Both the position numbers and the translations under genes were made by a program. 64,000 nucleotides of DNA from the human T2T-CHM13v2.0 reference genome, Homo sapiens. A model generated the notes under the pieces. The model made no database searches, was not told the origin of the DNA, and worked only from the letters and a program-made list of their open reading frames with translations. The stretch lies in assembly GCF_009914755.1 (NCBI RefSeq), contig NC_060929.1. One strand, given 5' to 3'. Position 1 is the stretch's first letter, and each line of letters starts with the position of its first letter. This document shows positions 54,330 to 64,000 of the stretch, piece after piece.

Positions 54330-54930
54330 CCTTCCTGCCTCTTTCCTCAATTCCAGCATTGTTAATTTCCACTTCATCGAATAATATAATTGTTGCTTTC
54401 CTGATGTTTCCCCTTGAAATAAGAGGAAGCATCGTATTTACTTTTTCTTCATATAGTATCCTTTTGATTAAGGCTTATGATGTGACAGGCACCATTAAGC
54501 TGTGTGTGTGTCAATTCAGATTTCAAACTTCTGCCACATCCAGCCTCAATGTGCCTTCTCTGTACTTCTTGAATGAGGCACCAAACTCTCCCTTTGCAGT
54601 TCCCTTCTCACCTCTTCAAAAGGCTTCTCTAGCAGTGCTCTTTGGGGTAGTTCCCTTCTCACCTCTTCAAAAGGCTTCTCTAGCAGTGCTCTTTGGGGTA
54701 GTTCCCAGTTGTTTTCTATTAAAACACTGTACTTGTGTCATTGATAACACTCACTTCAATTTTTCATCATATCACCTCTTGGTTAACGTTTTTGACATTA
54801 TCTGTGGAGAGTGTAAGCTCTATGAGAGCAGAAAGACCAACTTTTTTCAACAATGCATTTATTCGTGCCTCACACACTATCTGACACAAAGCAAGCACTC
54901 AAATTTCAGATGAATGAATCAATGAATGAA
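54330..54930 (+). mobile_element. LINE-2 3' fragment
   Basis: gtgtaagctctatgagagcagaaagacc...aagcactcaaatttcagatgaatgaatcaatgaatgaa. Confidence 0.6.
54598..54706. repeat. Perfect 51-bp tandem duplication (2 copies plus 7 bp)
   Basis: agttcccttctcacctcttcaaaaggcttctctagcagtgctctttggggt twice, then agttccc. Confidence 0.97.
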
Positions 54931-56260
54931 TATACGATCTCATTTCATCTTTACCATGTAGTAAAAAGGTAGGTATTGTTAATATCCTTGTTTTACTGAT
55001 GACAACTTGCCCAAAGTTATCAACTCTTACCTCGCAGTTTGCCTACAGGTCTGCGGCTTCAAAGCCTGCTTTCACTCCGGGACTATACTTTTTATCCCTT
55101 TGAATCAAAGCCCATACTTTTAATCACTCTATCATACCTCCTCTTTAGCAGGAACTGGGACTTAGCTTTCCTTACTTTGATAGCCTGGCTGCGATGACTT
55201 CTGTGGGACTTCTCTTAGATCATAGGTTCTCATTTCAGTTAATTTAACATCCAGTTGAATGCCAGGGCTTGGGTTATATTTCCCTCACACCTTTCTTGTC
55301 ATGTCAGCCCTTTCGCAGTGCTACTCATTAGCTTGATCTCTTTCCTGAGAGTTCAAAACCCTTGTCTTCATCACTCCAGCAAAGCATCTCCTCCTCCTTT
55401 CACAGTATGTGTCTAAACACTCTAGGGCCTCTTCTCTTTTTCTACTTTTCCCTCTGGCTTCTAAAAAATTTCATTATGTGATCTTTACCGTCTCTCTTGC
55501 TTCCTGGACGTCAGCATATTTGAGCTCTAAAACACTATTTTTGTTCATCAAGTTTTTATACTATAATGTGATTAACATCACTAGCACTTTTCTTTAATAC
55601 TTGTGGAATCATATCCTTCTGCAGAGATATTCCCAAAAAATGACACCCAAAATCTGGTAATTACTGCTATGAATACCATTATAAAGGTATCTTACTTTAG
55701 ACTATCAATAGTATGTAAATCAGTGTCCATATGTTACCATTTACCCCATGTTACAGAATATTAATTCTTCTTTTAATAATTCTATCAGTAAATTAAAGTT
55801 ACTTAAAATTTGGAAACAATTGTAAAAACAAGCTTGACTTTTATTATTATTAAAACATAAATTTAACATATGTCAATAGTCAGATTCTGCATATGATAGA
55901 CTTAAATCTAATTCATCAATCAGTGCCAAAAAATTCTTAGAAGTATATGAAAACACTTATGGAATTAATTCAGATTCTAACTCCTGTTGGTGTTTCAAAA
56001 ATTCCTAGTAAAGGCATACGTATTTCTATATTTGTTTCACCTGACATACATATACCTATTTTACATTGTTTCCTGATTTAAAAAGTTTTATTGAGAACCT
56101 AGGTTTTATTTTTAAAAGCCACATATATTTGACAGGGGTACACAGAGAAGCTTGATAATCTAAGTGCCATTCTGGAAGTTGGGAATATCAAAGACCTCCA
56201 AATCAGCATTCATCTTTTTTAAAATAAATGAAAACTAAAGTAGAAAAATATAAGTGTTCA

Positions 56261-56520
56261 GGCTGGGTATGGTGGCTCACACCCGTAATCCCAGCCCTTT
56301 GGGTGGCCGAGGCTGGAGGATTGCTTGAGCCCAGGAATTTGAGACAAGCCTGGGCAACATAGTGAGACCCTGTCTCTACAAAACGAACAAACAAAAATCA
56401 GCAAATTATCCAGGCAGGGTGGTACATGCCTGCAGTTCCAACTGCTTGGGAGGATCGCCTGAGCCCAGCAGGTTGAGGCTACAGTAAGCTGTGATCATGA
56501 GTGAGACCCTGTCTTCAAAA
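56261..56520 (+). mobile_element. AluJ-like SINE with right-arm deletions
   Basis: ggctgggtatggtggctcacacccgtaatcccagc...gtgatcatgagtgagaccctgtcttcaaaa. Confidence 0.88.
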
Positions 56521-59500
56521 TCATCTTCACTTTCTTTCTTTCATGGTAGCCCAGACAAAGGCAAAAATGTGAGAAAAATGGCAAAGTAGCTAGTAAGTGT
56601 TATGTATGCAAATAATTTAAAAGAAAATAGGAAAAGCAGGAAGAGTTATTGGGAGCAAAAATTTAACTTGGAGGAAAAATGCAGAATGATGATCTAGTAA
56701 TGGGATAATCAGCACTCTGAAGGGGGCTTATCAGTGGTTTGTCCACTTCACTTACAGCAGAGCTTAAAAGAAATTGACCTGGAATGCTGGGATAAGAAGG
56801 AATTCACTGCAGAATCGAAATGAGAAGACGGTCCTGATGGAGTATATTGAATTTACACCATTGAAGATTTTTATGCAAAATAAAAACAAAACTATCAGCT
56901 TTAGATGCTACGCATCTGAAAATGTCTAGGCCTCTGGCCCTGAATGTCACCTTGGGTGCCAAGTAATACTAATGAATGACTTTCCCTGGGCTTAAAGGTA
57001 TGTAGCCAGTTCAGAAACCAGATAAAAGTAATAAAAAAAAAAACACACACAAAACCAAGAAGGTGAAAATAATGGAGTGAGGAAGGGACGATAAACTATT
57101 AGGGATTTACAATGGCTCAGAAGCAGGGTTGTCACAGACTAACTCAAAACAAAGCTATTAGAAAGAAGTCAATGAGCCTTGAATTGTAAAGACTCTATGA
57201 ACATGTCAAGTTGTCCTCAACACAGGAGCAAAAAAGGTTAAGGATGAAATAACATGTCTGCTTATCAGTAAAGCATGTTAACACAAGGTCCTTGAAGAAA
57301 AGTAATAATAATTACAGAAAAACATTAAAAATACCTTTTTAAAAAAGTTCTAAATCTTGCAGCAATCCCACACTATTCAGAATTAGATGGAATTTAACCC
57401 ACCCTATTCAGAATTAGGTTCTAGTTGTGGTGCAATTATTAGGTTTAGTTGACAATTCTTTGAAATTTGGGGTATATCAAGTTAATCAATACTTTGCCTT
57501 CTATTAGGGTTAGATGATTCATTAAGAGCTCAATGACATCATTCTTTGCAGGAAGCATGCCAAAACTTTGAAAATTATTCATTAATAATGCACATACTGA
57601 CAGAATGGGTATAGGTAAAGGTGGACAGGTTTAGGTTGAAGAATTATTAGGTGAACTATAAAATAAGGCAATGCTTTACTGCCAGCACTATGAATCTATC
57701 AGATAGTAATTGGATGCACGTGTTAGCGGCAGTAAAAAGTCACTGTCCAGTTGTCCACCTTACATGGGAATCTACTCTGAGTGTCTTCTTTGATGTATTG
57801 TGCCAATTAGAACACAGCGTTCAAAGAAAGAACACAATTGATCTGATTTAAAAGGAAGGGAGCCTTTAAGGTCATTATTTTGTGGGTGACCTGGCTCCCT
57901 TTTAGATGTCTTGAAACTTTCTATTTGTGTAAAATCTATACAAATTAAGTACTGGGTTTTAAACTGATTCTGTAAAACATCAACATTTTGTATTCATTAA
58001 TTCAGTATCAGAGTGTCACTAGTGGCTTTCCAAGATGCAGGTATATTTCCTTTCGCAAATTTTAAAAGTACATTTCTAAGCTATTCTTTGTTGTACTGAC
58101 TGACTGACACAGATAAAGGTAACATGCACTGAGAAGAAAGAGTGCCGATTACAAAATAATGTTTTAAATCTGTGAAACAAAGTAATAAACACCCTTGGTC
58201 AAATGTCAAATGTAAATTATCTTAGATCATTGCAATATACCATGAAAGATTTAAATCCTTCTGCATAAATGACTTGAGACAAAATGAAGTTGATTACTTG
58301 TATATATTGTGATAAAACTGTATTAAAATTACATAAACATGAATTGTATATTCCATCTTACTGTAAAATAAAATAGATTTATAATTTCTGGAAGGAAAAT
58401 TCTAATATTTTACTTATATTAAGCAAACATCAACTATAAATGTTGACAGATGTTGGAACAGTAATACTAAAAATGTCATCTGAATTACTCTTCATTGCAA
58501 AGTTCACAGAATTAATGTTAAGATAGATTAAAATCACTTTGAACTAATACACATATATTACTCTTCTTTCTGAAGCATAATAAAGAAATATCATTTGCAC
58601 TACAATGTCAGATAAGCATACAGACATTAAGGCTTAGGAAAGATGTAGTTATTCACAGGCAGCTCATAAATGGGAGGAACATTAGTTCCATTTCAAATGA
58701 GCTGTCAACTTTTTTTCAACATTTTGGCTTGTGGAAAGTTAGACATTTGGATAATAAATGGGGTTTGCTTCTGGACATTAAAGTAATTGTATAGAAATTT
58801 AAAGTGTTCATTCATGTTCTACTATCAGTTCTTTAAATTCTAAAGAAATGCACTGGAATAAAGCTTTTCACTCTAAACTGGATAGCATAAATGTAGAAGA
58901 AACTATGAAGACAGTGGAGTTTATTTGATCCTATAAGACACGCTTCTTCTACTTCTTTTTCTTTTGTTAAAATTCTGTGCCTAAACATCATTTTGAAAAC
59001 AACTGCTTTTAAAGAGTCATTCACACCTTTAGGTAATAGGTTACTGAAATATCCAAGACCTAGAATTTGGTGTCTCTGAATTCTCATGCTCCAATACGGG
59101 CATCTGATTCCTGACAACTGTTTCCTTAGGTTTCTCCTCGTAGGAGGTTATAAATCAGGTTTATGAAGAGGAAACTCTCTTGAATTGTGCATTTTTAATA
59201 GATTTATGATAAATCCATCAAAGTGGAGGGTCCATATGGTAGGAATGCAGTAAAGGTAACAGGACAATGTCATGTAAACATTAAATACAGTGTCTTCCAC
59301 CTTCATAAATCCTCAATGCTCGTGATTAAATGCTGCCGGTTATAAATTATGCAACCAAATTCTAGAAACAACCACAACTGAAATAAGATACCAGTGGAAG
59401 CCATAAATTGTTTTTCTTCACAGAAAACTCTTGTGTCGTTATTAGAAGATCACTTCTGAGTTCCTATTTTCCTCAACAATTATTTTTTTCTCACTTCATT

Positions 59501-60164
59501 TAGCTTCCTACAATAAGCTCTAGTCCTGGTTAAAAAGTAATAATCCCAGATAATAATCTATCATTTTATATGGTAAAGTGTCTTTTTGATTTGCAGGTTT
59601 ATTTTAAAATTTTCTTAATATGTATGGCTTAAGTCTCTAAGATGTCGCCCTTTTTAGAGTCATATATCAGAAGTTTCTGCAACAGTCCAATTTATCACAG
59701 GTATTTACAATCAAATTATTTTATTACACATGGGAACAATTAAACATTTGGCCCTCAGCTGTAAACAATTACTATATAAAATGACATTCATGGATTTTTC
59801 TTAAATAGTCATGTATTCCTAATGACCTCTGTTAACATGAGTGAGATTGATGTATGTGTATTTTGTGTGTATCCATAAGCAATTATATTCCCAAATATCA
59901 AAAGAGAGAGTTTACCTAGAGAATACACTAACCTTGTCTGATATCATGTGGCCACCTGCAATGACACGTTTAATGTATTTGTTTTTCTGCAATTGTCATT
60001 TTATTTCTGTTCCAATTTAATTCTAAAGAACTGCGGGTGTTCACAGCAAGAAGCAAGTAAAGATTTGGATAATTTGTTTTTTAGAGATTTGAGGTGTCAA
60101 ATTCTAATAAATTGATATTAATGTTGGAAGTAGCAGAAAGGTACAATAAGAAAGGAGAGATACA

Positions 60165-60320
60165 ACCAATAGGCTGGGGCTTGAATCCTGGTTCTGCCCA
60201 TGTCTAGTTGAATGACCTTGGACAATTTACTTTTTTCAGTATGAGTTTTCAAATTTGAAAAATGTTGATAGTTGTAGGACTATTATGACTATTAAATGAA
60301 GTGTGTATTTAAAGAGATAA
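60165..60320 (+). mobile_element. MIR fragment
   Basis: ggcttgaatcctggttctgccc...tgaccttggacaatttactt. Confidence 0.7.
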
Positions 60321-63304
60321 AGCCTATACTACATACTCTTTACATATTGATTTCTCTATTGCCTCCCATTCTTCTTTCCCAGAAAGGCCCAGGAGCCTTT
60401 TTTGTGAGTTTCCCTTTTTGGAATATCTATTCTTAATTGTCTCAAGTTTAGGGTACATTTTCCTTTCACTAGATCCCTCTTTTCTACAAATGACAACCAT
60501 GGGAGAAGCTCACAGCTGTTTTACTCACATCCAGAAATAAGTCAACTGGTCCCAGTTGCAAGGATACCTAACAGCTGTATCCAGCCTTTCTAAGAGGTCA
60601 GAACTAAAGCCGAGTGGTAAGGTTTCAAGGGCAAAGCTCTAGATGTAAAGAATGATAAAACAAAACCTAAATGAGCCTACACATATCTAGTGACAGATAC
60701 ACCACAGCTATTCTAAATTATTCAAGCTTTCTCAGACTTCTAGCAGGAGAAACATAATTCATCTCTGCTCTCTTTATTCTACTCTCATATCATGGCAAAG
60801 AAGCAAACAAAAAGTATAGCCCCCCACCCTCAAAAATTATAATAATCACCCATATAGAGAAGAGCTTTGTTAACACATGTAGTCTTTTTAGAACCATCGA
60901 ATTTCTGGGAACTAGCTTTGAAAGTAGAAGTTAAAAATGATTTTGCAATACTTATGAATGATTGTCTTACTTCCCTTTTGTTAGCATTCTGCTGGCAAAA
61001 AGCCAGAAAACAGTTGTTTAATTACCCAGGACAACAAAAACATATAACCTCTTAGATAAGCTGTTACTGTATTTTAGCAGCAATAATACTAGGGTCAAAA
61101 GTAACAAAGAAAATTAATCTTCAAATAAGCAAACCTCAAAAGAACAGCTTTGTGTATTGAGAATAATTAATAACTTGTTTAGGAAAATGTTACTGAAATG
61201 TGGTTTTTGGAAAAGGAATTGACACTCTTCAGAGGTTAGAGATCCTAGTATTTAACAAGCTACCATTTGGTGGACAGCTGGCTGGCTACCCTGTAGGCAT
61301 GGTAAAAGTTTGTTCACATGTTATTATGCAACGTTTAGACAATATCTTAATGATACCATGTAGTTCAGCTGAATCAGTCCAGCTGGAAATCGTAGCAGCA
61401 TTTAGATTACCTGGCCACATGTGAAATTAAGGCTTTTTCAATCTCTAATTTTCACTTGCTATGTTTTGACACAGATGTTCTTGGAAAGCCTAAATTATTT
61501 ATGGTTTGACAATATTTAGCAGAGTGAACCCCTCCCCTTTCACTGTTAACCGTTGATTAAGATTGCATTACCATATAAGATATTTAGCTTGTCATTATAA
61601 CAAGTAATATATGTTATCACAGAGAAAATAAAATATTAGTATATTTTGGACAGTTAGGATGGAACTTTTCTACACCCCTTTTATACAATATATATTGTAT
61701 ACTTTTCTTCTTTGCAGATAGTTCTTATTGTAAAGATGAAATTCAGTGTGTACTGTGGAAATCATTTTACTCTGCAGCTAATCACACGTGATTATTATTC
61801 TAGAAAATAGCAATTTAGGTTGTGTAAACTAAAACAGAGCAGATTTGACCTTAAGTCATATCATAAAGACATTTAAAGTATAGCACAAACATTTTTTAAA
61901 AAGAAAAATGTTTGCTCAAGGATAACACTCTGAAACTTTATCATATTCTTTTGAGTTTTCTCCATGAAAAATAAGAAATGAGTCCATCAGAATTTTTTGT
62001 TGTTGTTGTTAATTCCCAGCTCACTCTGTCCAGCCCAATGTTTGGATAGCTTCTTCCCCATCCTGCTAACTGAATGACACCACAACTATTTTATTTTAGA
62101 AGTAAATAAAGTTTTTAAATTTTTAATCGAAAAACCTTAAAGGTTATATACATAGGATCTAATGAATTCGGGTAACAAATGATTTTTAAGCAAAAATAAT
62201 TGTCATCATTATGACATTATTTCAGCTACTTTCTTTGAATCAGATAATGTGGTACTTAATATCTTTAGTATGAAACATAAAATGAAACACTTTAAAAGCA
62301 CCTCTACACATATTTTTATTACTTATAAACATATTGTGAATTTTAGTAAATAGAACCAGTGGCTGAGGAGAAACAGAAGTTAATGTTGAATGTGTGTGCA
62401 TCCCCACAGAAGAAAACTAAATTCTTAATTCTTGTAAATTTGTATTCAAAAATAAAATGCTAAATTCTGGTCAACTGTCATTCCCATTAGTACCTGGTAC
62501 TTTCTAAACCAAGGAATCTTGAAATGTTTGACTGACGTATTTAAGTTAACTGACAAGACAATCTATGCTTAGAATTCCTGAACAACTAACACAAAAATGT
62601 CCCCTTTAAAGGTGACTTGGAATTTACCATTGAGATAATGCCAAATGGTCACTAAAGATGTTTAAACATCATTGTCTACTGTCTTCAGTGTGCCATTACA
62701 GAGCCTTGGGTTCCTTTCACATAACAATCAATAGTGGATGAATAAGTCTCACCACTTGAAAGTATCTGAGAAAGGAAGTCAACAGAGTAATCTGGGTTTG
62801 CTGGGTTGATTCAAGAAGAGACACAATATCCACCCCTCTTCTTCTAGTTCTCTTCCCCCAACCAGCCCACACCCCTGCAAGAAAGAAAGAAGGGAAAGAG
62901 AGAAAGAAGGAAAGAGAGAGGGAAAAGGCAAGACCAAAATGTAGGGATCCCAGGCATAATTTACGCTGAGGAGAAAATGTCACACTGTGGGATAAACTAT
63001 AGCCATGGAAACAGACTTATGACTTTTACTTTGAAAATAAAAGAATGACAATGAAATTTGTGTGAGGTCTGTGTGAATCCAGTCCCAGATGTTTACAATG
63101 CTGTAGTAGTATGGCTCTGCAATATGAGAGGTTTCAGAAGAAACAGTACAACAGGACACCACAAAGCAGTGCATACGCTATTGACAATGCAGACATGAGC
63201 ATCATGTTACCAAGAGGGAAGGCAGGCAGAAGACAAATAGCAGCGGTGGTGCCTGAAAAGCTAACTTCATGGACTGCAATCACTCAAACTAACATAAGGG
63301 ACCC

Positions 63305-63329
63305 AAAACAAAACAAAACAAAACAAAAA
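63305..63329. repeat. (CAAAA)5 microsatellite
   Basis: caaaacaaaacaaaacaaaacaaaa. Confidence 0.85.
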
Positions 63330-63913
63330 TCAAAACCAGAAAAATGCTTTTCGCTCATATCTAGAGGTAGTGGGGTAAAGGGATGGGGGTGGGGAGAGAG
63401 TGGAATTGACTTTTCTTTCTTAAATAAAGTTCCCACAAAGCCCCTATAATTGACAGCGGATAATTATTTTCAGCTTGAGGAGCCTGTCCCAAAACTCTTA
63501 ACAAGATTGCCAGGGAAAAGAAACAAAATGTGTTTACTTGAGCCATTTCCAGAAGGAAGGAAAAATTGCTCTTTGGATGAGGTGGGAAAGGCGGTGGAGA
63601 GAGAAAGGGGCATCTTTGCACTGCAACAACTCTCTTGAGCGCCCTGCGTGGTCCGGCTAGTGACAGGCTGGAGGGAAGGGGTGGGTAGAGCGGCAAGGGG
63701 TGGGGGATGTGAAGGGAGCGCGCTTAGGGGAGGGGATGCGGCAGCACAATGTATACACGGGGGTTGGGGGGTGAATTAGTGTGAAAGTATTCCACTTAAT
63801 CATTTTACAGGGGTTGGGGACGTAAATATTTAGCTGGCCACATCTGGAACAGATTTTTCCCCCCCGTGTGGGCTGGGGGTGGATAATTGGAAGGAGGGGA
63901 GCATGCATTTGTT

Positions 63914-63922
63914 ACTTACTGT
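63914..63922 (-). other. FGF10: 5' splice donor of FGF10 intron 1 (ACA|GTAAGT)
   Basis: Plus strand acttac at 63914-63919 is GTAAGT on minus, directly after the coding match. Confidence 0.95.
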
Positions 63923-64000
63923 ACGGGCAGTTCTCCTTCTTGGTCCCGCTGACCTTCCCGTTCTTCTCAATCTTGAGAAAGTACTTGGTGAAAGAGAATA
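63920..64000 (-). CDS. FGF10: Fibroblast growth factor 10, 3' part of coding exon 1 (about residues 82-109); the exon continues beyond the window
   Basis: Reverse complement reads (c)TA TTC TCT TTC ACC AAG TAC TTT CTC AAG ATT GAG AAG AAC GGG AAG GTC AGC GGG ACC AAG AAG GAG AAC TGC CCG TAC A|gtaagt = LFSFTKYFLKIEKNGKVSGTKKENCPY(S), matching the FGF10 protein as I know it; phase-1 intron follows. Not in the ORF track because it runs off the window edge. Confidence 0.97.

Larger units (their letters stand above)
63580..64000. promoter_or_regulatory. GC/CpG-enriched edge of the FGF10 exon 1 region
   Basis: Sharp rise in GC and CpG (gcgccctgcgtggtccgg, gagcgcgc, gatgcggc) compared with the AT-rich intron. 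Confidence 0.6.

Noticed and set aside
54598-54706. CRISPR-like array or other prokaryotic system
   Set aside because: The DNA is primate; the repeats here and at 57367 and 23916 have two copies, no spacer series and no cas genes.
54359-54913. 184-aa ORF with a repeated 17-aa motif
   Set aside because: The repeat comes from the 51-bp DNA duplication; the ORF lies in L2 sequence, starts at TTG and resembles no protein I know.
62717-63908. ORFs near exon 1 as an antisense or extended coding gene
   Set aside because: Low-complexity translations of G-rich and GA-rich sequence; exon 1 ends at a canonical donor, and an antisense lncRNA cannot be delineated from sequence alone.

Overview
Primate (most likely human) genomic DNA. 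The last 81 bp are the 3' end of FGF10 coding exon 1 on the minus strand (LFSFTKYFLKIEKNGKVSGTKKENCPY/S), followed by a canonical GTAAGT donor. Everything from 63919 down to 1 is therefore FGF10 intron 1; I did not see exon 2, which should lie beyond position 1. The intron is AT-rich and carries the usual repeats: Alu, L1, L2, MIR, hAT and Tc-mariner DNA transposons, a solo MST LTR and a two-LTR MLT1 element. Apart from the L1 ORF2 remnant at 708-1262, the ORF track looks like noise. I found no convincing new gene system. The best leads are cis-level: a recursive-splice-like 3'ss/5'ss junction near 35005, a strong CTCF motif near 8150, a sense-oriented MaLR element with an intact poly(A) signal, a perfect 51-bp tandem duplication, several local duplications (one doubling a T-box-like plus ISL1-type motif pair), a composite Alu-L1-Alu next to an inverted Alu, and repeat-poor candidate enhancer blocks. 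Repeat subfamily calls were made by eye and boundaries are approximate.
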